From positions 516,688,958-516,752,957 of the forward strand of contig NC_133617.1 in NCBI RefSeq assembly GCF_048593235.1: a DNA stretch of 64,000 nt, read 5' to 3'. Of the stretch, positions 13,760 to 27,111 are shown in pieces. A program made the position numbers and the translations under genes. Every line of letters begins with the position of its first letter. Position 1 is the first letter of the stretch. The notes beneath the pieces are model-generated. The model saw nothing but the letters and a program-made list of their open reading frames with translations, searched no databases and was not told where the DNA came from. This DNA comes from Sminthopsis crassicaudata. Lineage: Eukaryota.

Positions 13760-15789
13760 CATTCACTTAAAATCAGAAAAGGATTGACATGAAGGATAAA
13801 ATCAGAAAAAGAAAGATATTTTCATAGACCTATAATGAGTGGAGTGGGAGATGAGACAGTCAAAGCCAATTATTGTTTGCTTGCCTTCTCCTTCCAGACC
13901 TCCTTCTTCTCACTCTTCTCCAGACGATTTAAATAATTCTTACTTTGCATTATTACTAGAATGGAAAGGTAGGGGTGATTTGAGGGTTGTAAGGGTAAGA
14001 TGACTACAGGGATATTTTGGCAAATATTTAACAATTGGGGAAGAATAGAGGGGTGTGGTGAAGATGTGTGCATAACACAGTTAAGTTTAATCTCTATTAA
14101 AATTTTCTCATCACTTTCTCAAGTATACAAATATAGTCAATAAACAAAACAATAAATCAAACCCCAATTTGTAGCATTTAACTATTTCCTAAATGCAAAT
14201 GCTCACACTCAAAATTTAACAATCGGCTTTCATAATTTGGTATGAACCAGTACAAGCCAGTTCCAGCATGGTCCCATATGTGTCTTTTTTTTTATTCCAT
14301 GTGAGTTCAGTTCTGGCATTGTCATTAGTCATTCTGGCTCCAATTAGAAAACTCCTAGTCACTACACAGCACCAGGCCTTTCATAAGAAGCTGGCTTCCC
14401 AACATTCCATGTGTTTAACTGGCAGCAGACATAAAATATCGTGCATATTCTCTGTAGTCAGAAAGAAAGAGTAAATCCAAGTATGTTCTAAGGATTAGGT
14501 TCTCATTAGTCACTTTCCTATTATACCTTGATCCTCAGTTTTCTTTATTCTAAAAAGTCAAGTGATTATGGAAAAGAGAATATTATGGATAAAACAGAAA
14601 AGCCCTAAAATTTTGTGAATTGCTTGATTTTCTGGGTCTTTGATTTAGTTTCCCATTTGCTACATTTTTCTTCCTATTTTAAAGAGCAAGGACTTTGATT
14701 TGTTTTAATTTTAAAGCTGTAGTACACTTCTTTCATTTTATACTTGAATTATATAAATCCAAATGAATCAGAAATATATTGATTATATTCCATATTAAAA
14801 ATATATGATTTATAATTAAGGTGAAAGATCTTGGAAAAATGGATAATAGATCCAGAAGAAACCTTCACAGTTATGTTGAGTAAACTGAGGCCCACATACA
14901 GAAAATGGTTTATCCAAAGTAATAGACTTTAGAGGTGTAATTTGAACCCAGGGCCTTTGACTACAGAATCAGTCCTCTTTCTGTTGTCCCATGTCATCTT
15001 TCCCTAGTTTATCTAGTAAAATTATCATTTTGCTAAGCCCCAGATAAAGCTGGTGTTTACCATGCCTATTGGAAATACAAGGAGAGTAACTCTTTAATAT
15101 GGACAGGCTTATTCAATCATTTTATATCCCCCCTGAGATGGAACCCAGATGTAAAAGAATTTTTTGATTAGACAAAATTTTCTGATGTTTTTTAAACTTC
15201 AACAAGTGTCAAAATAGTTAAAGTTCAATTTGTTTATAGTTTGCAGTCAGGGCCAGGGTGTCAGAGAGACCTGCTCTGATACAGGATGACACTAAGAATC
15301 CCATTTTTTCTTGAATGGCATTTTCCTTTGTGTTTAACAGTGATTTATTTTACTATAATTACATGCTGCATTCAATCAAACTTGGTTAGATACTTTTTTG
15401 CCTGTGCTCTGGAAAATATTTGAGGCAAGAGGGCATTCACTGGGCTCATTTAACACTAGGCAAGTTGTAACAAAACCAGCCTTATTCTCTAAGAAATTGC
15501 ATGTTTTTTCCTTGTCTCTCTCTACACAGAAGTGACTTCAGCAATCCCATATGGCCCTCCCATTTCTTTTCCTGTATTTAGGGTTGTACAGGCTTTTTGT
15601 CACTCTTCTTTAGTGGTGTGCATATACTGTAGTAATGCATTTTTTTCCCATCAACTAGTTGCTAACAATGAGCCACCTGAGCTCTGGAAATCTCTTTTTT
15701 GCCTGTGGTTGTAGGAAAACGCTTAAAGGATTTAAAGATGTCAGACACCATCTAGGTGTTCTTTTTTTTTTTTTTTTTCTGCACTGAAT

Positions 15790-16172
15790 TGGAAAGGGGA
15801 GAAATAGGAAAAGAAAAGAGGGAAAGGGAAAGAGTTAGGAAAGAGAGAAAGGAAAGAGTAGGGAGAGGGACAGAGGTAGAGGAGAAAGGAAAAGAAAGAA
15901 AGGAGAGGAGGAGAAAGGAAAAGGAGAGAAGCAAAAGAGATAGAAGAGAGGGAGAGAGAAAGAATAGATGGATAAGAGAAAATGAGGTAGAGGAGTGAGG
16001 AGAAGAGGAGAAGAGGAGGGAAAAGATATAGGAGAGAGAAAGGAGAGGAGAGGGAGAAGAGAAGGAGGGAGAAGAGAGGGAGAGAGGGAAAGGAAAGAGG
16101 AGTTAAAGAGAGAAGGGAGGCACAGGGAGAGGGACTTAATGGGGGAGAAGAGGAGGGAGGGAAACAGAGAAG
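15790..16172. repeat. ~380-bp polypurine (GA-rich) low-complexity tract
   Basis: Almost only A and G on the plus strand; preceded by a T run. Confidence 0.9.
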
Positions 16173-16179
16173 CTGAGTA

Positions 16180-16750
16180 GCGTGCTGGCAAGCAGGCAGG
16201 CAGAGCTAGAGTTCAGAAATTATACTCTGTGTGTGGTCTGAGGCTATTTCTCATTTCACGAAATACATGCTTCATTCCTGGCTCAGGCTAAACTTGCACG
16301 TCACTGAATGAGTCCCTTATCCACTTTCCAAAACACTGAGGAGATTTGAAAGCGCTCTGTGGGTGGACTGTTACTATCAGCAAAAGCAAATAAGCCAACT
16401 TATTTGGCTAAGCATTTTTTAATACTTAAACATAATACCCTTAAGCAACACTTGAACAGTTGTGGCCAGCAAGGGAAAAAAAACGGAACAAAAAATCCCC
16501 CAGAACCTCCCTCATGTTGTTTAAGGTGTGATGACTTTTCCTTTTAAAGGCAGAGATATTCAGTCCCTGGTGTGTTGAAGGCACTGTCTGACAGTGGCAA
16601 GAGGCAGGAAAAAAAAGACAAAAAACTGGAAATGAAGAGACAGTACCTGAATGGTAAAGAATCTCCTGGGAGGTCTTTGACTGCAGTTTGAAAAGGAATT
16701 CAACCCCTGCTCTTTCTGTAATCAGAATCATTTAGTACAAACTAAATAAT
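16180..16750 (+). promoter_or_regulatory. Promoter/5'UTR-like unique sequence after the GA tract
   Basis: Repeat-free; CRE-like CACGTCA (16297-16303); AP-1-like TGAGTCC (16309-16315); possible ATG mini-exon 16632-16653 with donor GTAAAG. Confidence 0.25.
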
Positions 16751-19559
16751 AATTTTCCTCTCCTTTCAAAAAGGGGGGGAACAGGGGGCATCCAGTCACT
16801 ACTTGTGTAAAAAGAAAACATTCTAAGGAATCAAAACAGTAAAAGTGCTAAGTTGAAAAACCATGGGTCTCTAAAGTCAGGGAAGCAGGTACAACAAATA
16901 TTGTTCCTGTGTGCTGGGTCTCAGCCCTGACTACAAGCCATAGTTTACTTATTGCCAACAAAATAACCAGATTTTATTGGGGATATTAACAGACCAAAGC
17001 AGGACCACTGGGTGGGTAAAAACCTGCATGGACAGGATGGCACCAGACAGCCTCACCCACTAACTGGAAGTGGTTTTCTGTTTTATGGAGCAAGAAGGAA
17101 TTGTAAAGTTTGCAGTTTTTAACTCAACAGAGTAAACCAAATCAACCCCATCTAAGATTGAACTCTGCAGACAATCTATATAATACAGGCCCTACTAGAC
17201 AGATTAAGACTTGCTTCCTTCTTATTTTTTTTTTTTTCTTGAGGAAGATAATATTCACTCTGAGGCAACTAAAGCTTATCTAGCTTTGAAGGTATGGAAA
17301 TATCTTCTTGAAAGAAAACCAGGACACATGGGCAATCAGTATTTCTTTTAAGCAAGGTGAATAGAAAGGGAGGGGACTTTTTCTTTTTTTGTGGTTTAGT
17401 CATTTCAGTCATATCCAACTCTCTTCATCCATCCCCTTTTTGGGATTTTCTTGGCAAAAGCACTGGAATGGTTTGCCATTTCCTTCTCTAGCTCATTTTG
17501 CAGATAAGGACACAGAAGTAAACAGAGTAAAGTGACTTGTCCAGGGTCATGTAGCTAGTAAATATCTGAAGACAGATTTAAACTCACAGGCTTGCTGATT
17601 TCAGGTCCAGCACTCTATCTGATGTCTGACCTTTCTAGTTTTTTCATTAGAATTCTTTCTCATGGGTATGACAAGGAGTGCTCCTTGTTCTAAGATGAAA
17701 TGTTGTCAGATAAACAGTACACTACTCTTGATCACTTAGTTACCCACTCATCCTTCAGAAGAGAGCTTTTATAACACAAAACCTTCTTCTCCATCAGCCT
17801 CAAACTGTTATTCTATCTCTTTCTGGTGTTCTCTGGAACACTGATCATATGATCAAACGAGGAAGCCCTTTGTTCCATCTAGCTTCAAGTAGTCCACATC
17901 TGGAGAGAAGGATCTTCAGAGTATAGCCTACAACATGCTATCTACAACATGTAACCCAGTGGTAAGAGGGAAGACAAATATTTATAAACTTGTCTTTTCA
18001 GCCAATGATTGCAGAAATGGTTGTAGACCCTTTAGTAAGATTAATGTTTTCAATCTTCATGGATCAACAAAGATTGTCACAAGTCCCTAGACTTGGAAGC
18101 TTGGTAAAACTAGAACTGAGACAGTGGCCTTTCTGAATCACTGCTGATATCATGTGGGTCATGATATACTGGATGGGAACTATCAATTAAGGAGATAAAA
18201 GTAAACAATACATAGTTGGTAATCAACATTAANNNNNNNNNNNNNNNNNNNNNNNNNNNNNNNNNNNNNNNNNNNNNNNNNNNNNNNNNNNNNNNNNNNN
18301 NNNNNNNNNNNNNNNNNNNNNNNNNNNNNNNNNNNNNNNNNNNNNNNNNNNNNNNNNNNNNNNNNNNNNNNNNNNNNNNNNNNNNNNNNNNNNNNNNNNN
18401 NNNNNNNNNNNNNNNNNNNNNNNNNNNNNNNNNNNNNNNNNNNNNAAAAAAAAGAACCAGTGATTATTTTTGATTATGGCACTTCACATCACAGGAACTA
18501 ACTCATTGCAGCCACAATACTATCAGAGTAGACCTTGTCATAACTGTGAGGGGCAACATGGAATGGTCACTAAATGACTATTTAGACATTAGGAAGACCA
18601 GAGTTGAAGTCCTGCCTCATACAAAAACTAGCCGGGTGATCATGAGCAAGTTGCTTAATTTCTAAGGGTCCCTCTATGTCTATAAATCAGCCCCAGCCTT
18701 GTCATTCTTCTTTGGAAACTGGGTGAATGTCTGCTAGACTGTTTTTGCCTTGTCCCTCTTTAGCACTCCCAGTCTGTGTGTATTAATCTTTAAACTCTGA
18801 GCCAGGGCAACTCCAGGAGTTAGTTAGGTCTTTTCTGGTGTCTAGCCATCAGCTGGCAGACAAATCAGGCCTAGCTCAGTGACTCAGTCCAGATGAACCT
18901 TTCCCAAAGCTGGACAGGCCCAAACTCACTCTGCTCACACAATGATTGCCAGTTTTAAAATTCCAGTTAAAGAAGAAAAAAAATAACTTCCACTCCTGGA
19001 GCTGCCACATAAAACAAAGATCCTAGGGAAATGCCTCACTGGAGAAATTCCTATGATGGTTACCTGAGCCTGAGCTCATGTATTGGAGCATAATATTTAG
19101 GGCAGGAAGAGGGAAAAAAATAAAAAGCAGACAAGCATTGGAATGAGAGAGTTCCTGGATTTTAGGCTTGGCATATTTCTGAACATTAGAGGTAGTTTTG
19201 CAGCCCAAGAATGTTTCCGATTAATATCACAGTCCTTCAGACGAATGGAATGTAAACCACATACCAATTATTGGAATCCCAGAAAGGAAACTCCCTTTTC
19301 CATCTGTCTATCCATCCAGTTGCCTGCCTACCCGAACACCCACCTACTCAGTGTCTTCTAAGACTTTCTCTCTTGAAGAGAGGAAAGGAAAAAATCTTGC
19401 TACTAGTATAGGTGTTCCTTGCTATTGATAATAGATGCTCCTATTTATGTTTTTTCCTCTTTCTTCCACTACCATTTATTCTTAAATGAATTCATTTAAG
19501 AAATATGCATTAGCATACAAAGACAAAAGTGAAATTATCTCTTCCCTTTGGATCCACAA

Positions 19560-21965
19560 TGTATACAGATAAGTAAATACAAGATAATTTGAGGATGGAA
19601 AGAGTATTAACAACTAGTGAGATTAGAGAAATAAGCTTCCCAGAGAAGAGAATTCCTCAGATGAATCTTAAAAAATTAGAATGCTAAGAGGTGTCAATAA
19701 GGTGAGAATGCATTTCAGGAATGTGGGACTTACTGAAGATTGCATTGCAAAATGGTGCCAAGTTATCCAAACTCAAAGATTGGTTATCTGTCTTCAATAT
19801 ATTAATGCCCAGATTTGGCTTTTGATGTGAGTGCCTACATAGGAGTATGAGAAAGGGAAAGGGACACAAGGTTACTCTAAGATTTAAAATCTAGACCTCT
19901 GGAAAAATAATGATAATCTCAAAAGAAATAAAGGAATTTGAAGGAGATAATGAGTTTAGAGAGAAATATAAATGTTAATTTTGACATGCTGAGTTTGAGA
20001 TGCTGAAGGACATAGAGGCTGAGATACCCAGTAGGAATCTGGTGACACCAGATGAGCTCAGAACAAAGAGATGGATATTTAGGTTGGGAATCATTCTGTT
20101 ACCACAGGATGATAACATTGGGTTCTGAAAAAGAAAACCACCCAAATGAGATGTGTCAATAAGAGAAGAGTACTCAAAAAAATCTTTATAGGACCCATTA
20201 AAGCGCAGGAGATTGATGCTGAAACCAGGAAAAGAGCCTAAAAAGTAATCAAAATGGAGGGGAATTAGGAAGATGTGTCACAGAAGCTAAGGGAGGAGTG
20301 AGTAGACACCAGTAGTGTCAAAAGCTTCAAAGAGGTTAAGGAGGAAGAGAAGTAAGAAAAAGCTAATAGATTAGCCACTGAGTGAGTTTTAATAATCTGG
20401 AGAGAGAAATTTCAATAACATTGAGAGATCAAAGGTCTAATTTTAAAGGGGCTGAGAATTGAGTGGGTGGTGAAGAAAAGGAAAAATCAAGAGGTCACGA
20501 TTCTTTCTAGGATCTTGGAAGTGAAAACAAGGAGAGATACAGGTTAAAAGCTTGAGATAATAGCAGAATCAAGTGAAATGATTTTTTTTTAAGGCTCTAG
20601 GATATTTCCTGCATATGTAAACAGTGAGGAAAGGAGACAATGACTGATGAAAGAGAGGGAGGTCTTATTATATATGGTTGGGATTAGAAACAAGGGAAAA
20701 AGGAAAGGGATTAAGCAGGAAATGTTTCCCTTTTCTGGGAAGAAGGAAGGAAGGAGAGAGGGAGGGGGGACATAATCTTTTATTAAATATCTACCATATG
20801 CCCAGCATTGTGTTAAATGTTTTACAAATATTATCTTAATTCTCACAACCACCCTGAGAAGTTGGTGTTATTATTTTTCTCATTTTATAGTTGAGAAAAC
20901 AAGCAGCAGAGGTTGTGATTTGCTTTGTGTCACAAAACTAGTATCTGAAACCACATTTGAATTCAGGTACTTCTAGAAATGAAAGGACCCACTTGACTTT
21001 TGAGGTGTGGAGTAGGAGATAAGGGAACTCACAACACATGATTGTGGTTTTCTCAGTGAAGTAAGGAGCAGGTTTATCTGATGACATGGGTGGTAGAAAA
21101 GACATAAATTTAAGGAGTGAGAAAATTTTGAAATGCTACTTCAGTGTATTTGATAAAGTTTCCAATGGATAATAATAAATCATTTCCATTCAATAGTGTA
21201 GCTAGTTGGCATAGCAGATAAAGTGCCTGTCCTGGAAGTAGAAAGACTCATCTTCCCAAGTCCAAATCTAGCTTCAAAATATGTATTGTTTGACCCTGGG
21301 CAAGTCATCTAACTCCATTTGCCTCAGTCTCCTCATCTATAAAATAAGCTGAAGAAATAAATAGCAAACTATTTCAGTAACTTTGCCAAGAAAACCCCAA
21401 ATGGAATCATGAAGAGTAGGACATAAATGAAATGACTGAACAATAACATTCAGTGGAGAGGTCCTGGTTAAGATTAGATAGCACAAATTTGTAATAGAGA
21501 CAGTTCGTGGGAAAAAGGGGGAGCATTTGTATATTTGAACTGCCAGATTGGTATATTTGTATATATTGAACAACCACAAAGTCAATATCAAAGAGAAGAA
21601 AATGAGGATTGAGTGAATAGAAATGGTGAGACTGAGTGAATAGAAACGAATGGTGAGACTAGAAATTTGGTGGAGGAAAAAGAATAGGTTCAGGAAGAGT
21701 GGTGATGCAAAGGGAGAGATTGAAGAATAGGGGATTATGATTAGAAAGGGATTTGTGGGGGTAGTGTGGTTTGGGATGATAATGAGATCTAAACTATCAC
21801 TCTCTGTAGCTAATGGGCAATTTGAGTTACGGGTGTTGAGGCTGATTAACTGGGAAGCCAACTGTGTTCAAAATGATATCAGCATGTACATTAAAGTCTT
21901 CAAGGATGAAGACAGACTTAGGAATGGAGAGGGAAATTATGAGTAAGATGCTAAATGTCTTTGCT
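19560..21965 (-). mobile_element. Fragmented L2 interrupted by SINEs (~20770-20975, ~21200-21450)
   Basis: Purine-rich antisense L2 pattern throughout. Confidence 0.65.
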
Positions 21966-21967
21966 AG

Positions 21968-22490
21968 AGCAATGGTTCTCAAAGTGTGGTCTGTGAACCT
22001 CTGCAGTACCTTTCAGGAGATCCATTGGGTCAAAACTATTTTTATATTAATACANNNNNNNNNNNNNNNNNNNNNNNNNNNNNNNNNNNNNNNNNNNNNN
22101 NNNNNNNNNNNNNNNNNNNNNNNNNNNNNNNNNNNNNNNNNNNNNNNNNNNNNNNNNNNNNNNNNNNNNNNNNNNNNNNNNNNNNNNNNNNNNNNNNNNN
22201 NNNNNNNNNNNNNNNNNNNNNNNNNNNNNNNNNTTTAAAATCATGCCACTTTTTCAACTAAAGTTTTTTTTAAAAAAATAGTTATTTGTCAAAAATTTGC
22301 TATTTATGTTAACATAATAGATTTGTTTTTACTTTAGTGAATTAATAAATATTTAAACAGTGTTTCCTTTTCATTTCTTAAAGAGTAAATATTGGGGGAA
22401 AAAAACCCATGTAAGCAAAAGCTTTTGGGTTTCTTAAATAAAAATTATGTAGTGCAAATACACACTGGGACCAAAAAGTTTGAAAATCTT
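21968..22490 (+). mobile_element. Charlie1-like hAT DNA transposon spanning an N gap
   Basis: caatggttctcaaagtgtggtc...ggtcaaaactattttt and terminal gaccaaaaagtttgaaaa. Confidence 0.75.
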
Positions 22491-24599
22491 TATAGTAGAT
22501 AATATCCATGTCCCTTCTATTATGGGTTTGCTAATTCCTCTGCTGAGATGACTTCCTTGTTTTCCTCCCTTTTCTATGAACTTCTGATAGCGATGGAAAA
22601 AGACTACTTATCTTTCTCACTTTATATAGATAAGCTTCCTGAAGATGTGTTAAAATGAATTTATGATATGAATTTTAAATTGAATTAGGGGATGTGAACT
22701 TTAAAAAATGATTTTTCTATTTGTACAAGAATATAGAGAAAGTATAGAGAAAGTATAGGAAAAATAAATGAAAGGAAGTCAAATGAAATTTTTTCTTTTT
22801 TACTATGGGGAGAAAGCAAGGAGAATAGACGGGGGAAAAAAAGGAAAACAAGGAAATAATGAAAACATAATGACTGGCTAATGTCAATCTTTCCTTTCTT
22901 CATGGTTATTTGACACCAGGAAATAGGAAGGATTTCAGAAATGTAGAGAAATAACGAAGTATCCTTTCACAAACTTAGAGAAATTTTTAGACTTGTGCAA
23001 TGTTTGAAAACTGCTCTCCATCATTTCTGCATTCTCATCATGTTTTCTAATACTCTGCTGTCCTCTAGAGGGACAAATTATAAATAAGTGACAACCAAAT
23101 AGGAAATTGTTGGGGAATTTCTCACTTTTTCACTCTGTCTCCATCTATCCCTACTTCTTTTCTCCCTTTCTCAATTCTGTGTCTTGTGCTCCCCTGTCTC
23201 TTTACTCTAGTCCTACCCCCACTTTCTCTGGGTGAAATTCTTGTTTAAATTTCCAGGTTTGACAGAATGAGAGCAATTGAATTTCCATAGTTTATAATCA
23301 TCTAGGATCTTTTACAAATCAAGAAAGTGAGGTAGAGAGAAATGAAGTGGCTTTACCAAGGCTACCCCAATTAGTGACTGTCAGGACTAAAACAGAATTC
23401 TTGATTCAATTCTTTTTCAATTCAATGCTTTTTCTTCTACAGTCAACTAATGATCTTTGTGGTTATTGTAGTTCAATCATTTCAGGTTTGCCATTTCTTT
23501 CTTTAGCTCACCTTACAGATGAGGAAATTGAGGCAAAAAGGGTTAAGTGACTTGCCTAGAGTCACACAGCTAGTATTTGGGGTCTCATTTTAACCCAGGA
23601 AGTTGTCTTTCTAACTCCAGTCCCACCATTCTATCCCCTGTGCCACATAGTCACTGACAATCTAGTCATTTATATATGGGGCAACTGTATTTGCTATGCC
23701 AGTTTTTGAAAATTTGTTCTTCACATTCAGAGATTTACTACCAACAAGGAGACATTAAGAATCAATTAGTTATCTGTTAATTTCTAGCTAGTATTTATTT
23801 GGCAGTTAAATGAGAAATGATTTTTAACTTATCATAGTGATTTCTTTGGTGAATTCCTCTAATTCAGTAGTCTCTAAATATTTTTTCATTGTGTCCCTTG
23901 CCCATAAAAACAAACAATTGCTAGCCCATAATGTACTCCAATATATATATTTATTTATATCCCGATATGCATATTTATTTATATGACATACTTATACTTA
24001 TTTAGATTATGACACAAATAAAAAGGAAAATTTAAGAGATAATAGATAATATTAAAATAATAAAAATAAAAGATAATACAAAGATAAAAAATATTTAAAT
24101 TAAAAAAATTTGTTTAGCAGTATAAAATGCCTTTTTTTCTTCTTGAGATCAATGTGATTAAACATGTTTCATAATTTCTGAATAGTTATATATGTTTGGG
24201 GGATAAGGTGTGCTTATAAATAAAAAGGAAATGACTTTTTTGTCACTTTTTAAAAACTAGAACAGTACAACAATTAAGTGATAGGTCATAAATAATCAGG
24301 GAACATATCTGTTTATCAGCAAGTTATAGTTATTTGTATATAGTTATACTATAGTTATGTAATTATATTGTAAACAATGCAAAGAATAAATAAAAGTAAA
24401 TTGTAATTGGATCCAACTCAACAGAAAGTTTTCCATGTATATTCTTTTCTCTTTACATAGTTCTGTTTAATGATGTTGTACAATGGAATCATTGCATAAT
24501 TTTTTATTCATTTTTGTATGCTTTAAATTTTTTAATATGTGTTTAGTTCTATTTTGGAATATCATAAGGTATATCAAGAAAAACAGTTTGGCTGACCTT

Positions 24600-25025
24600 A
24601 GAGTTCAGAAAAAAACCCTAGCACAATAGGGCTAGAAAGGTAGGCATGTAAAAAAGAAGAATTTATACTTGATCGTGGAGATAATAGAAAACCATTACAG
24701 TTTATTGAGTAGGAGAGTTCAGTTAAATGTGTATTTTAGGAAAAAATCATTTTGACAGCTATTTGGAGAAAAGATTGGAATGGAGAGAGGCACCGAGGCA
24801 GGGAGACCAAATAAGAGTCCGGGTGAAAGGTAATTAAGTCTGAAGTAAGGTGGCTAGATGAATGCAGAAAGAAGTGGAAAGAAAGAGACATATGCAAGAC
24901 ACAGAAATGACTTTTGTCAGCTAGCCACTTGGTAACTGAGTGGGTGAAAATGAAATGAGAATGTTATTGAAGTTGTGAACCTAAGATGGTGCCCTTGAGA
25001 GAAACAGGGAAGTTTGGGAGATGCC

Positions 25026-25082
<57 letters not shown>

Positions 25083-25100
25083 GGGAAGGTAATGTAGTTC
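24600..25100 (-). mobile_element. L2 fragment containing a 51-nt poly(T)
   Basis: Antisense L2 pattern; T run at 25029-25079. Confidence 0.6.
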
Positions 25101-26483
25101 CACAGATAATCTTCCTTCTACTCTACCATGCTTCTCTCTTTTATGTTATTAGCAAACCTAACTATGACAACAACAAAAGATGAGTTTTTGTGGCAGGTAG
25201 CGATTTGAAATCTTTTGAAAACACTACATAACTATCCTAATGCAATTTAGGCCAGTGTATTCTTATATTCATAGTTAGCCCCACCTCAGCTCTCTCACTT
25301 AATTCAAAATATTCATATTGATGGGAATTAATTCAATGAATTAGTCCAGGTCTTTCAAATGATTTTGGATTTTGTTAAATGTACTTTAAAGTGTTCTAGG
25401 ATTAAATGTACATTCAGTGTTAGGTTCAAATAGGAATGCTGAAAATCTTACATCTATAAGACATGACTCTTCTCTTGCTCTGAAGATCAACCTTCAGGAC
25501 ACTAATAAACACTTTTAGTGAACCTGTCACCTATCTTTGCTTGATGTTGACACAGTTAAAATTCTCTCAATGGTATAATCTGCCTTAGAATTATATGCAT
25601 GTGAAATTCCTTCTAAGCATCTAAGGCTTCTCAAGTCAATGTTTTTTTAAAAAAAATAATATAAATGTATAGCAGGATTCTATATTTCCTTGATTATTTA
25701 GTCAATTATGTGACTGTGAAAATGTACACTGCCCAAATGGATGATTAATAAGTGAATTGGATTGGTTTGAATTGGATTGGTCTGCTATAAAAAAATTATC
25801 TATGAAAGACAAAATGTTCCTTCTCAATTTTGAATAAAGAATACTCTTGATGTGTGAAAAGGCTCTTCTCATAATGATTTTTATGGTAATGAAAAAGAAG
25901 TCACATGGGTTGATAGTTACTTCTCATCTATCTTCTCAGATTTTTGGTTTTTTTGTTGGGTATTGTTTGGTATATCAGTATTAACTATTATCTTTTTTCA
26001 TCCTTTGTTATATTTCCTTCTTTATCCTATAAAAGTCAGCCCCTAAAACTTGATGCCTTTAAAATTGGGTTGTTTTGTGGATGTTTCTACTGGTCTGGTT
26101 GAAATACTTTTCTTGACTTCATCTTTAGAAGGTAATAAAGTGGTAGAGTCCAAATGGCAACAGCTGCACTATCATTGATGATTAAAACAGATCAGTACAG
26201 AGAGAATGGATTTTTATAGATCTGGTCCATTCCTGTCTATTTATAAATATTTACAAATATTCCAAGCATCATCTAGTTTATTTGGGTCTTATGGTAAACT
26301 CTCAATAGATTTATTGACATTTTAAGTGTTTTTTGCTATTTTTTAAGGCAATATTGCTATCACCTACCACAACATTATGTAAAGACCTTGTACTTCAAAC
26401 TCATGTATCCTAGGCTTCCATATCTGGCAAAAAGATCCATTGTTTGTTAGCTGATGTGATTTTAGAGTTCTTTTAAACTCCCT

Positions 26484-26486
<3 letters not shown>

Positions 26487-26538
<52 letters not shown>
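26487..26538. repeat. (TG)n microsatellite
   Basis: Direct reading; another (TG)n at ~37900-37960 and (TA)n at ~10460-10488, ~10980-11030 and ~47710-47750. Confidence 0.95.
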
Positions 26539-26540
<2 letters not shown>

Positions 26541-27111
26541 TTTTAAGTGGATTTGCATTTACCAAAGGTAACCACTTATTTAAACAGGTTGGATTGGAGT
26601 AATGTTCATCATACATGGTGTCTCCTTATCTTTATTCTTTCTCTTAATTTAGTACTGTTTTGAATCCTTGGATGAAGCAGTTTATCTGAATGTACACAAA
26701 CAGCCAATACTGAAATAACTATAGCAAAACTAATCAATTGGTATCTAAGATAAAATCAATTTTATATTTTTAGGATGCTATTTATCATCTTCCAATGTCT
26801 ATCTTCTTTTGATGCTCTTTTTAAAGAACATATTCATAATGTATAGATATGAAGATTTTAAGACAATTTATAAGATTCTGGTCTCTTTATTTTATTAGTC
26901 TCAAGCCATGTTTTTCAACAAATTCTGTTGTTTTCTCCTGTGCCCACTTTCATGTCGAACTTAGTGCATATCACAGTATATGTTGACTTAGTGTGGAGAT
27001 GCTTTTCAAATTTTTCATAAACTTTTCTACTTTTAAAATTCCTACCAAAATAAGCCCCTAAAACCCAATATTGATGATGTATTCAGGGTAGCAATTCCTA
27101 CTTCTAAATGA

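Noticed and set aside
15752-16191. E/R/K-rich and L/S/F-rich ORFs
   Set aside because: Translations of the GA simple repeat.
21337-21861. 174-aa ORF
   Set aside because: It lies in L2 and MAR1-like SINE sequence and has low-complexity composition.
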